Source: Saprolegnia diclina VS20 | Lineage: Eukaryota | Reading direction: 5' to 3' | NCBI RefSeq assembly: GCF_000281045.1 | Contig: NW_008246094.1 | Location: 132,812-196,106, forward strand | Length of the DNA: 63,295 bases | In this document: positions 32,940-45,183 of the stretch, piece after piece | How positions within the stretch are numbered: the stretch's first letter is position 1 | Layout of the letters: each line of letters begins with the position of its first letter | The notes under the pieces: model-generated | Databases searched by the model: none | What the model was told of the DNA's origin: nothing | What the model saw: the letters and a program-made list of their open reading frames with translations, nothing else | Made by a program: the position numbers and the translations under genes

Positions 32940-35900
32940 TCAATGGGTTTCTAATATGCATCGCAGTCGGCTCTTACGCTGGATACCCGAAGAGTTCACC
33001 TGCAGCACCGAGCCGTGACCATCGAGCACGAGGAGCAGCGCCTGGAGTCGCTGCGACGGCGTGGCGTCCGGCTATCCAAGCTCGCTCAAAAGACACCACC
33101 AAAACGCAACGACGTACGCTGTCTCGAAGCAGCAGCTGGGCGATTCGATACAGGCAGCGCAGAAACGTACTTGGCGTCAGTGTCGTGGCTCTAGTTGGTG
33201 ATGCATTTGTCGATGGGTCTCAACATCATCATGGATGCTCACGGGAACGCGGCAGCTTCAAAGCTAATGCTGAGCTCGCGCCGTGTGAAAAGCTACGTCT
33301 TCATGAAGAGATATGTGCCGAGGAGGGGCTTGTACCGCAGGAAAGAGGCCCGTGGCTTTCGCCAGCAAGAGAAACGACGACAAGGCGAGCATGTTGGACG
33401 AAGCGTGGGCTTGAAAGAGCGCTTCAAGTCGACGCCGATGCTTTGCAAGCAGTGCCGCCACCGCTGGGTCGTCGTCGCTCTCTGGTTCATTTTTGTTCGC
33501 GAGGGCAACTGCGGGCTCGGCGACCGCCAAGGGCAAAGTCGGGTCGGCCACGTCAAATGTATGTTTCGCTGGTTGGATGCAGCTGACGTCGCACCAGTCG
33601 TCATGCAGCGGTGGCACTTGAGACCGCTGCGGCAGAAGGTCGTCGTCCGCGTTCATGAGCGCAGCCAGGTGCATTGAGCTCGTACTCGACGCTGCCGAGC
33701 TGTGCGCCAGGGACGGGGCTTCTGTACGTTCCAGTACGTTGGGTGTTGATGGGGCCTCGCTGACTTGCGACGCGTGGCTGCTGACTTGTGACGCGTGGCT
33801 GCTGCTCAAGGCTGCGAGATCTTCCAGCGTCAAGCTCCTTGCATGGTCGTCGCGTCTTGATGACGACGGCACAGTCTCCGCATGTTCGCCGTCATTAGCG
33901 CTCGTGACTACGGGGTCGGCTTGGTCCCATGACGCTAGGGGCAATGCCTCGCTCTTCGTCAAGTGCAGTAGTGTCGAGTCTCTCGGCGATGGGACCATCG
34001 GCGTTGGCTCCGCCCGGCGGACGGGCACGCGCCGCGGTGCCGTTCGTTGCTGTAAATACCGCTCGCCGTACGTCGACAGTGACGGCGTCGTGTCGACGAC
34101 GCTGCGCAACGGCGCGCTGGCACGTTGATGCCGGCGCATCATCGCTCGCGTCTGGTCGACCAAGTACGTCTGTTTGGCTTGCAAAACGAGCTTCCACCAC
34201 GCGACAAGCACCGGGCGCGCACGGCGCATCAAGCAATGCTGGTCAGCAATGCGCTTCCCGCGCGTCGCCACTCGCTGCCAGTGTCGAAAGCGCGCCATGA
34301 CAAAGTACCCATCCGCGGCGGCGCGATGACGCACGTACGTCACGAGGTCCGACACACACACCAGTTGGACGTGCAGCACCGCATCGAGGTACGATTCTTT
34401 GGCCTCCAAAAGCCGCTGCCACGTACGAAAGCAAGCCCGCAGTTGCGACTGTTGCCGACGGCGCCGCCATTCCAGTCGCTGACGCCCGCTGACTCGCGCA
34501 GTGCGGCTCAAATGCGCCGCGTAGCAGTGCCACACGACCCAACACCGACGTTGCATCCGCACTGCCTTCCAACGATGCAGCACTCTTTGGATTTGCGCGC
34601 GGTGGCCGATGTACGCAGCGAGCACCGACTGCCGAACGCAGCGGCGGTAGCGTTGCCACATGCACAGAGCGCGGGCCAGGAGCTGTCGGCGGCGCTGGGC
34701 GACGAGCGACGACACAATGCACTGCGTGTGCATCAGGCGATAAGCTGCGTCGCGCCACGCGAATAGCACTCCTCGTGCGCGTCGGCGACCACATCGGTGT
34801 GCGTGGAGACGTGCCAACTGCCTTTGACAAAAGGTGTGGCGCCAACTTACGTAACACGCAATCGCGACGCGGCGCTGCACCTGTGCTTGCACGACGACCC
34901 CGCACTGCCGCACTGCACGCTGGGCACGGGTTTGCTGGCGCCACGTCTGCCAGTAGACACGGAGCCCTTGGCGAATACGCCGTCGAACAAAGCGATCGAG
35001 GCGGCGGCGACGTCGAACCAAGTGGACAGTGAGCTGTCGCCAGTGCTTCACGCTGTGACGCAGTTGCCATCGTAGCATGTTCGAGTGCTGGAGCTGCGTG
35101 TACTGCTGCTGGTGCACGGCTTGTCGCCAGCGACGCCAGACGACCGGCAGTCGTCGTTGCCGCCACCACGCGTCACCAAGTTGCTCGAGCTGTTGCTCGA
35201 GCGTAGCGGCCTGCCAAAGATGAAACCAGTACGCGTACCTCGTGCGCCGACGGTGAAAGGCGTCGAGCCGCTGGCGCATACGATGGCTCCAAGCGACGTG
35301 GTGCTGCCAACTCTGCAGCATTCGGGTCAGCAACGCTCGTTGGTGCCACAGCGTCGCTGCTCGAAGCCGGACGCGGACGTTGCGGTCGCGGTGCTGACGC
35401 ATCCAGAGCGCTGCGACCCCGGCGCGCAGACATTGGTGCCGATGAAATCTTGTCGCCATCGTCCGAGCTTGCGCGCTGTGCTGGCGGTGCGCAAGGTACA
35501 ATCGCCAGTACGCAAAGTGCCGGCGCTGGAGTCGGCGCTGATGCAAAGCTGCCGCGTGCTGCAAGTGCACGCTTTGGCGCCGCATCTCATTCAGCCAGGC
35601 GCGCCAGCTTTGAAAGGCGCGGCGCATTTGCTTGTGCGTCGACCAGGTCTGCACGCGCCGCCACGACTGATGGTGTTGCGGAAGGCATCTCGACCAGCGC
35701 AGCCAATGGCGCTGGAGGCACTTAGTTTCAGCCCACTGGACGGCCTCTCGCTGACGCTGCTGGTGCGCGACGTGGTGGTGCCAGCGCTGCACGCTGCGCC
35801 GACACTGCCAGTCGTCCATCGCCAGCATCTGCAGCGCGGTCGATAGACTCTGCGCGGCGCGGGTCTTCCACGTTGTTATGCATTGCTATCGACAGAGTCC

Positions 35901-36964
35901 GTGGTCGCCACAAGTCGAACAGTACACAAGACTACCTGCAGATACCGCTCGCGCATCTTGAAGCGCACGCGACCAGCACAAGTGGCTTGGACAAGAGCCA
36001 GGAACGCTCGCTGCTGGGAAGAGCGAGCGCACATTCGCGTCAAGATGCTGGCGGCGCGAGCGTGGTCCAAGATAGCGCGCCAGCGACGACAGGCTTGGGC
36101 GAGACGGAGACCGCCCATGTGCTCGTCTACGGCGCGGGAGAAGCGCGTCTGCCTTGACCAGTGCGACCAGCGACCGACGAACGTATGTAGCCGCCAGTCG
36201 ATCATCGCTCGCTGCGCTGTCATCGACGCGTGCGCTTTGTGGACCTTAGCGTCAACTGCGTTGGCCCACGTTGGAAACGCCAGCGCCAGCACGCGAATGG
36301 CCATGCGCGCGTACAGTACATTCCAGCGCAAGAGCCGCCACACTACGTGCGCTCGACAGCTCTGGCGCACGGCGACCAAGATTCGAATGGTGGCGTGGCG
36401 CCGGCGATGACGATCGATTTTTGCAAAGACGCGGGCGAGAAGACGGCGCGGTTGCAGCCGGAGGCGGCCGCGCCATTGCAGCTCGATGGCCGCCATTCGC
36501 TGTGCTCGCTGGACGTGCCAAGTCCACTGCGCGACGGTGTGGCGGAGGCGCCATGCTAGCAGCGCAGCTGTGCGGTCGTGAACATCGCGGATGCGTGCCG
36601 CGTACGTGCACCATGCAGAGAGGTATCGTTGGAGACGGCGGGACCGGCCAGGACCGGCGACATGGCGCTTTCGCCTGGCACGGGCTACGACTTCTTGCCA
36701 TGCACGCCATGTGCGTACGAGTGGCGCGCGATGGTCGGTAGCATACTGCGTCTTGGCGACGACGAGAGGCGCTACGAAAGGTACATGCTCGTGTGGCGAT
36801 CCAGCAGTCGTCGTCGTCAACGGCGGTGATGCCAAGAGGGCTTTGAACGAAGAAGGGCGGTCCATGGTGTTGTTGCCTTGGAGTATGCCAAGCGAGCTCA
36901 GCAGCGCGAGCTGGCGCTGGATCATCGCCATGTCCACGACCATGCCATCCTCGCTGAAGCCCAT
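32940..36964 (-). CDS. Sfi1-repeat-like centrin-binding/centriolar protein
   Basis: ORFs 35876-37000 and 33264-35828 joined by a short intron; many Trp-centred basic repeats (e.g. LQRRHFAYWR, LLTRMLQSWQ, LRACFRTWQ); short 3' exons down to about 32940. Confidence 0.7.
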
Positions 36965-37559
36965 GCGGTGGCCTCTCCAAGATCGCGTCAATGTCAGCAC
37001 GTGATTGGCTACATTTTCACACTATATAGCCAATCAAATGACGTATCGGTAGGCTGAGACGTGAAAATGCATGGCTCTCCGCGTGCGCCCGGGATCTCTC
37101 GGGTGGCCGTCGCCATTTTCGAAAAAAAATCGTCGTTGGGATTACGACGGATTCTAGTAGAATATGAAGCGGGGAGTTGAATGCTGTAGCTATTGTGCTC
37201 GAAATCGCTCGACATCCTGCTTAAATCGCTCAAAGTTCTTTGGATAGGGCTAGGTCTACGATATGATTGATAGATAATACGTGATATTTGGCATTTCTTG
37301 ATCATTGGATTGGATGCAAGTAATGTATTTAGACCAATCCTCGTCGTCTCGACGCCAGGCCGGCGACAACACCGTTGCTCAAAGACCAAAGCAGAATTGG
37401 CCGGTCATCGTGGAAGATGCAAGAGCATGACCACCGCGTATAGACTAAACTAACTACATACGTGCTTGAGTCAAGCAAGGTTGCTCCCTTGACGTGGCTA
37501 GCGTCAACAGAAACGCACGACTTCACTACTTAGCGATACATAAAACGACGCAGACTGGG

Positions 37560-38339
37560 CTAGACCACAATGTACGTCTGCTGCTTGTACTGGACTTCTT
37601 CCGGCGCCGCGGGCTGCACGTGCAGCAAGTGCACCATCTCTTCGTCCGTCGGCAGCTGCGCGTTGCGAAGGCACGCGTGGGCTGCGCACAGAAAGACGCT
37701 ACATCGTCTCGTCGTTCACGGTCCGCAAGCCTCGTCAGTCACGTACCTCGAGCTCAGCGCGTACATCAAGACGGGGCCGCCGTAAATGACCGAGAGCACA
37801 AGCGACGCTAGGCGGCGGTCAACCCACGAGAGCGAAGAAGGTGCAACGTACTGATAACGAGGATCGTGTTGCGCTGCTCGGTGGTCGTCGGCACGCCCAA
37901 GAAGTACGTTGGCCCTGACCGCAGCGACTCTTCAGTCGCGAGCTTGTCAAAGTAGAACCAGCCCGCGCCGAGAAGCATGAGCACAAAGAGGAATTGCGGC
38001 GCCGCGAGCCTACGACCACCAGCGTGAGCATGCAAGCCGTAGCAAGCCATGCGTACGCGTTGAGAAAGGTAAAGAAGCCAAAGACCACCGCGTAGTTGGC
38101 GATGAAGAAGAGCACGTTGCGCTGGAAGCGGCGCGAGAGCTCACCGGACGAGTTGGGCAGCGTGTACGGCCGCGAGAGCAGGTCGCCTAGTCGCATCGTC
38201 GCTGTTGATGCGCCACGTCGGCTGACGTACCAAGGCCCGCAAAGGTCTGGAGGTCGCGGATGTTGTCGTACGAGATGAGCGAGAGCGGGTTGATCTCGAT
38301 CGGGCGCTGCGTGTCGACGCTGGTCGACCGGGCGAGCAT
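37560..38339 (-). CDS. PRA1 (prenylated Rab acceptor) family protein, paralogue A, 5 exons
   Basis: RRFQRNVLFFIANY, two hydrophobic hairpins, spliced C-terminal AHACLRN. Confidence 0.75.
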
Positions 38340-39702
38340 GGCGGCAGTCTGCAAAATGAGCCGTGCCACGGGTTTCGAATCCGGATAAAATGAGCCAATC
38401 CGACGCGGGGGCACTTCTTCAACGCCCCGAACAAGATCCCGCGTTGCGATCTTCCATCAACGCCGACGGACAACGTGGATCCTACATGTCGTACCAAGGT
38501 CTTGGTATAAGGAAATAGCTTTTCGAAGCAATTAGCCCTACTGGATCAAAACCGGCAATCGAGCCAAGTGGTTTGGCGTGCGCGCCATCGAGACTCGCTG
38601 CAGCTCAGCCCAATGACCGTCTAAGCTATTAGCAAGCGCACGAGCAGGCCTGACATACGAGGCAGCACTTTGAAGGCTGGACGGTCATCATCCCATCACC
38701 GTGTCGTTCATTGCAGGAGAGCCGACGAGCTTGGTACACGATAATGAGCCAATCAAATGGGCATGAAGTTCTCCGGAATCTACGAATGTAGCGCCGCAAA
38801 CAAGCGCCAGAATCGCGGCTTCTCGTCGGCTTGGTACCTGTGCGACTGAGGGCTCCAAATTCTATCTCGCACGGTACGCTCTCTAGTTATATGACACGCG
38901 TGGTTCATCAGCCAAGGAAGACGCTGTGATATGATGCATGCACCTCGTATTTACCGCTTGGAGCTCAATCGATTTCTCGTCAAGCCCAGAGATATGGTGT
39001 AGCTGAAGCCTCATCCCTTGCACCAAACATGGCACTTTCAGGCCCGATAACCCACTAGCTCCTGTCCAGCTTGGGGCAACCACCAAATTGACAACACACG
39101 CACAAAATGAGAGATGACTAGGAGACGTACGACAACGAACACGCAATCCAAGGTAACTCCAATGCTCGGGGAGATTCGAATCCTACATCGTGGCAACCAT
39201 GCAGTACCACAGCGCCGCGACCAAGCATTGCGAGTGGTGCAGGTTAAGTACACCACTGCTCGAGCATAGTTGAACGGTCTTGGGAGTCCGAAATGTACTC
39301 ACCCTCCAAGACGTACATGTACTGAAGGTCATGCCAAAGGACAACGAGATTAGCTCTAGACCGCGCACGCAAGTGACAGAGCCGCTTGAAGAGAGACTTG
39401 ACGCGTCGACCGCCTACACAATCGTCCATCGGACGTCAGTGTCAACCTCATGCGTGTCAGTCGCCAGCCACATCATCGTAGCCCCTCAAAAGTGGCGCCA
39501 ACCCCACGGCTCATTTTGACCAATCGAACGCAAGGGATGTCTATGACACGCTGAAACCGTCGACGGGCGTGACAAAGTTGTCTTGCGCTTTGTATCCGTA
39601 AAATTTTAGCGGTATAATCGTGGCGGCACCACGTGGCTGTCTTCTCTCTCGCCCCACACTGGCAGGGACGCCTCATTTTGTCTTGACGTAGCGCTGAGCA
39701 AA

Positions 39703-40521
39703 ATGCCGACGCGCATGCCCCGCGGGAACAACCTCGCCAAGTCGCCGCTCGACCGCATGTACCTGCTCCAGCTGCAGGTCCGGGACCTCATCGACCTGCG
39801 CAACTTTCGGGGCTTTTACAGCTTCTTTGGTTTTGGTACGTAGCTCCAACTAGTCGAAACTCGGTGCAAATGTGTGGCTAGGCGATGTTGAGCCCTTCAA
39901 CGTGCCGCGCGACCGCTGTGAGCTCTCGTGCCGAACGCAGTCGAACCTTATGTATTACTCGTCCAACTACTTTATGATCACAATGCTCCTCGGGTTCGAA
40001 CACGCGTACGTCACCGCCGTCACCTGCATTCGCATGATCGTCGCTTCGTTCGTAGGCTCATGAACCCCATGTTCATGATCATTTTGACGCTGATCGCCGC
40101 TGGATGGGCGTACTGCAACTACCTCACGGCCAACGAGACGTCGGGCAACCCCGTGATCATCCTTGGGGGGCCCACGACGCCGAGCCAGCGCGATACGTGC
40201 ATGATGCTTGGTATGCCAACCCGCGAAATATGTGGTTTGCTCATCAAGAAATGTGCTAGCTTCTGTCATTCTGGTCATCATCTTTGGCGGACCTCTGCTC
40301 TTGTACATTGTGATTGTGAGGTACGATGACATTTGTCTAGAATCTTGTTTTGATGTCGAACTAGTCTCTTTTTGATCATGCTGCATGCGATCATGCGCAA
40401 CCAAGCGCTCGCGACCTACGAGGAGCTCGAAGACAGATACCACGAGCTCTCATCTTCGTACGAAGACGACTCGCACGGGCATGGCCACCTCATCACGCGC
40501 GACGACGAGCACCACATTTAG
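39703..40521 (+). CDS. PRA1 family protein, paralogue B, 5 exons
   Basis: LRNFRGFYSFFGF|GDVEPFNVP..RTQSNLMYYSSNY..LMNPMF..AAGWAY..HAIMRN; clear similarity to paralogue D. Confidence 0.8.
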
Positions 40522-40825
40522 CCACTTTTTGTTTCGTTATAAATGGCGCACGTTGGAAATTTGTCTGCGTGTCGCCACGCACGGCTGACTCAAGTAGGGA
40601 TGCGCGAATTTGGCGTGCGTCCTGGCAACACACCACACTAGAGAATCGATACACCAATCAAACGACAGGATCGAAGGGCGCACTTGAAACGCGCGCACTG
40701 GGACAAAATTTCGACGAGCTTCCATCGCTGTGATTGGTCGACTCGAGCCAATGAACGGGCGACAGCCCCAAGCGTTTCGCTGTGTTCTGTCAAATTGCGA
40801 GCGACAAGCAACAGCACGAGACACG

Positions 40826-41393
40826 ATGATGATCGCCGACGACGAAGAGGTCCTGCTTACGCCCCGCGCCCCGCGGAGACAGCGACGAGTCGCCCTTCGG
40901 AAGCTGCGCTACTTCTGGGGCCTTGGTACGTGGCGGCGTCAGCAATGACCAGCGCATGATCATTCGTCGTGTAGATGACCGCAAGCCGTTCACCGTCCCG
41001 TCCATGGACAGCCTCTTGGAGCGTACGCGACGCAACGCCGTGGCCTTTTTCGCTGGCTACATGTTTGTCCTTGTCTGCTTCCTCATCGCAGTCCTCGCTG
41101 TCGGTGGCTCGCTCTGGTTTGCAGCATGGGCCGTCAGGTATGCGCCACGACAGCGCTCCATAGATGGTACTCAAAAGCCATACCAACGTGTAATAGCAGC
41201 TCGCTTTTGCACGCAGCCTGCCGCAACACGAGTGCGCGAGATGTAGAGGCCAGCGCAGCGCCCGAGTACGACAAACTGCCCCTCTGACCGTCCGAGGACC
41301 ATCGATGACTCGTTTGTCGACACAGTATCGGTCCATCCTGGTGCCGAGCACCGAGGCATGGACAGTCGCAAAGACTGTAAATGGGTTAAATAG
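40826..41393 (+). CDS. PRA1-like paralogue C, internally shortened (one hydrophobic hairpin missing), 3 exons
   Basis: LRKLRYFWGL|DDRKPFTVP..RTRRNAVAFFAGY..VGGSLWFAAWAV|SSSLLHAACRN. Confidence 0.6.
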
Positions 41394-41489
41394 ATGGTCT
41401 ACATTGCGTTAAAGGGGCCTTCGACCAATGCGCAGAGCGGCAATAGAGTGTGTCGTATGGTACAGCGCTCATCTTTGGGCGTTTGACGT

Positions 41490-42460
41490 CTAATTGGGCA
41501 GCTGACGGAGCCGGAACTGTTCGAGCGCTGGCAGCAGCTTCTCAAAGCCTTCGAGGACGTCTTCCCACGACTATAGACAGCACTGTTGGTACGACGTATG
41601 TATGACAAGAAGCGTACCTCGGCGCCGCATGCGGTGACGGTGCCGGTGACGAAGATGATGAAGCACACACGGGGCTCCATCATGCGGTAGTAGAGACCAT
41701 GGAAGAGCTCGGGCTCATACTAGTGGAGGTAGAGATGAGGAGCGTTCTTTGATGCAATGGAGCGTACGGTGCTGAACTGGTAGTGTTCGTTGTGGAGTCC
41801 TTCGAGGCGGATGCGGTACCCGACGCAGCCGGACGCCGTGACGTTGTGGATCATCAAGTAGTGAATAGCTGCATCTTCGTAGCCGATTTTCTGTTCGTAG
41901 CATGATCGTACGTGAAGACGACGCTGTCTATGGCAATACCTGGACGATGGAGAGGAGGCGGTCGGCCGTCGTCCGGAACGCTTCTTCCGACGTGAGCCCG
42001 AGCATGACGACCTAATGCATGCAATGGGCTGTAGCTTGCAGCGAGCAAAAGAGATCGTCTGTACCTTGCCAGAGCAGAAGAAGACGCCGGTTGCCTTGGG
42101 GTCTTGAAGACGCATGGACGCCCCGCTGAACCGCTAGGACGACGTCAAGACGAGGATACGACGCTGCATCGCGCTACGTACCCGCGGGTTGTAAGCGACG
42201 TTGCGCGCCTTGAGCACGAGCTCCTTGAGATCGATCTTGACGCCCAAGTGAAAGGACCCGACGATATTGGCAATGGTCATCGGCCGCTCCTCGGGTGGCA
42301 GCTCGCGCTTGGCCTTCGCCTCGGCCCTCGCCTTGGCCCGCTCGATGGCCTTCTCCTTTGAGCGCTTCCTTGCCAGCGTCATGTTCTCATCGGAGGCCAG
42401 CGGCGTGACCTTGGCCTTGTACTTCCTCTTGGGCGCGGCCGGCTCGGTGGACTCGGCCAT
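41490..42460 (-). CDS. Divergent TATA-binding protein / TBP-like factor, about 6 exons
   Basis: [42 protein letters not shown]; second repeat [39 protein letters not shown]. Confidence 0.85.
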
Positions 42461-43015
42461 GCTTGCGTGGCTGTCCGTGTTTAAACAATTAACGCTGCAT
42501 TAAACCCAAGGCGTTAAACAAAAGCAGCCAATGAACACACGCCAACAACCTTTCGCGCCAGAACAACGATTTGACAGCAACGCACTAGTACTTTACAAGC
42601 CAGGCATAGGACCGATGCTCTCATATACAGGTCATCCTCCTCGATCTTCCTAGCGGCCCCCTTGAGCTGAATGACTGAAGGCGGTTAAGGCGGTCCATCG
42701 TATGGCGGCGATCGAACGGGTTCCATCCGGACATTCTCTACAGCAACGATGGCTTCAACGATACCGTGACCATGCCCGTGGCAGTGAAGGACGCGCTCGC
42801 ATTTCCATACGCATACCATAGAGCGGTACCGATAACGAGGTAGCGAGGGTCCATCGTCAACGTTTTCTTCGTGCTGGCGACGGCGCGTTTAACCCATTTG
42901 TTTAAACTCCGGTCCGCGATCCAAGCGAAACCCCGTCCTACTTAGTATCCGGATACGCTTGGGTCCACGTGGCGTGGATCCGGACGACCACATCATGGCC
43001 TGGTCATTTGGCAGA

Positions 43016-44101
43016 ATGCTCAACTCGGTCCAGAGCGCGTGCTACGTGGCGCTCCTCGCGCTCACGGCCGCGTCCAACTTCGTGCTCGTGCCTGTGAACG
43101 CGCAGCTCATCATCTCGGCGACGTCGATCGTGTACATTGGTGCGACCTTGAGCCTCAAGCTCAAGCAGAAGCGCGATGCGGCCGGCGAGAAGAACGACGA
43201 GGCGATGACCAAGGAGGACGCGTACATGTTTCCCGTCGTCGGCTCGTGCATGCTGCTCGGGCTCTACATCCTCTTCAAGTTTTTCGACAAGGACATGGTC
43301 AACCTCCTCTTGACGTCGTACTTTGCCTTGATTGGCACGTACTCGCTCACGGAAGCCTTCTCGCCGCTCGTCCGCGCCGTCGCCTTCTCCGAGACAGAGC
43401 GCCACTACAAGCGCTCGATCGCGTTGCCCTACTTTGGCGCGCACGTGCTCGACGTGACGCCGTCGTGGTGCGTCACTGGCGTCCTTGCGGCCCTCTTTGC
43501 GGCCGCTTGGTTCCAGACCAAGCACTTTGTGCTCAACAACATCTTTGGCATCTCGCTCTCGATCAAGGGCATCGAGTCGCTCTCGCTTGGCAGCTATAAG
43601 GTCGGCGCGATCCTTCTCTGCGGCCTCTTTTTCTACGATATTTTCTGGGTCTTTGGCACCGACGTCATGGTCACGGTCGCCACCAAGTTTGACGGACCGA
43701 TCAAGCTCCTCTTCCCGCGGGCATTTGCGACCGCGACCGAGAAGGCCAAGTTTTCGATCCTGGGCCTCGGCGACATTGTGATTCCTGGCATCTTTGTCGC
43801 GCTCCTCCTCCGCTTTGACGCCCACATGGCGAAAGCAACGACGGCCGGCGACGCGTTTCCCAAGCCGTACTTCCACATCAACATTCTCTTTTACGTGCTC
43901 GGGCTCGTGGCCACTGTCGTCGTCATGATCGTCTTCAACGCGGCGCAACCCGCGCTCCTGTACCTCGTGCCCGCCTGCCTCGGGTCGTCACTGCTGACGG
44001 CCCTTGCCCGCGGCGAGCTCAAGGAGCTCCTCGCCTACTCGGAAGAAGACGAGGAAGAATCCAAGGACGCCACGCCCGCCGAGGCCAAGAAGGACCAGTA
44101 G
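43016..44101 (+). CDS. SPP: Signal peptide peptidase (HM13/SPP, peptidase A22B), intronless
   Basis: YDIFWVF, LGLGDIVIPG and QPALLYL motifs; C-terminal KKDQ ER-retrieval signal. Confidence 0.95.
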   Translation: MLNSVQSACYVALLALTAASNFVLVPVNAQLIISATSIVYIGATLSLKLKQKRDAAGEKNDEAMTKEDAYMFPVVGSCMLLGLYILFKFFDKDMVNLLLTSYFALIGTYSLTEAFSPLVRAVAFSETERHYKRSIALPYFGAHVLDVTPSWCVTGVLAALFAAAWFQTKHFVLNNIFGISLSIKGIESLSLGSYKVGAILLCGLFFYDIFWVFGTDVMVTVATKFDGPIKLLFPRAFATATEKAKFSILGLGDIVIPGIFVALLLRFDAHMAKATTAGDAFPKPYFHINILFYVLGLVATVVVMIVFNAAQPALLYLVPACLGSSLLTALARGELKELLAYSEEDEEESKDATPAEAKKDQ

Positions 44102-44179
44102 ACGCGACATGATGGCAAACACCAATTTACGCTTTTCTCGTAGTACTATTTGCTGTCTTGCTGCATGCTTGCTGTTATG

Positions 44180-44774
44180 TTACTTGGTCTTGGCGGCGTG
44201 GGCCGCGTAGCTCGAGAGCATGGGCGACACGGCGAGGCGGAAGAAGACGCAGACGAACCAGCACGCGATGCCGTAGAGGTCCCACGCCTTGGGCGCGACG
44301 CAGCCGCGCCAGCGCACGCGTGTGCAGGGCGATCCGTCAATGACAGTACGCGGCTCAAACTCGACGAGCGCCTTGTACTCGTGGAACGGCAACGGCATCG
44401 TCACGACAGTGTAGAGCACGGACGCGACTTGCTTGGTCGACGATGGGACGCCGGCGTCGAGAATGTGCTCGCGAACCGCGCCACCAAGGACGCGGCGTGT
44501 GCAGCCAATGCGGCCGCGGCCGACGCCTGGCGTCTCGAGCGACACGGGCGGCTTGAGCAGCGAGAGCCCGCCCTACATACCGTCGGATGACATGCCATGG
44601 AGGATTGTCTACCTGCACCCAGATGCCATTGATCCAGAGGTCAAAGGCAGCGTTGACGTCCAAGGCGACGTCAACCTCGAGCGTATACGCAGGCTTAAAG
44701 ACTGCGCGGCCATCGCTCGTCGTCGGCGTGGCAAAGACGTCGCGGGTCGACGGGTTGACCCACTCGGCCGCCAT
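44180..44774 (-). CDS. Small SRPBCC/polyketide-cyclase-like ligand-binding protein, 2 exons
   Basis: VDVALDVNAAFDLW..GCTRRVLGGAVREHI..VLYTVV..YKALVEFEP..TRVRW, a typical START/SRPBCC pattern. Confidence 0.6.
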
Positions 44775-45183
44775 GGTGCAAACTCAGATCTCAAGCGCAA
44801 ACTGGTGGCATCGCCCCACGCGATTGGCTGAAAAAGACACGTAGGCGCTTTTGATTGGTCCGACGGCGGACGCTATATTCGGCATGTGCCGAGTCTAGAC
44901 AGTACGACACGGCTGAAGCGCCAAAATTCGATCGCTACAAGTAGAGACACGCTCGTCAAGAGGACGCGTATCCAGGGTCCAGCCAAGCCAACGTGCTGTC
45001 AGTAACATTGCCAGTGCCAGCGCAAGCGTTTTGCCCAGGATGGTCGAGTTCTGCTGCGTATTAACAATCACACTGTCCAGATAGAGGAGGACACTAGCGG
45101 AGGATGCCACGACGGCGTGGCGTGTTGGTGCGTTAAAATAGAGTCGTTGTGCTCGGGCTGTCGACGCAATCTTGATGATGAGC

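Noticed and set aside
41379..42899. 12-bp inverted repeat (AAATGGGTTAAA / TTTAACCCATTT) flanking the TBP-like gene as possible TIRs
   Set aside because: Short, with no target-site duplication; the left copy lies in the last codons of PRA1-C; compatible with chance.
32730..44985. Shared peptide LDTRPLDE at about 32740 and about 44965
   Set aside because: The nucleotide match is short and the second site appears intergenic; likely coincidence.
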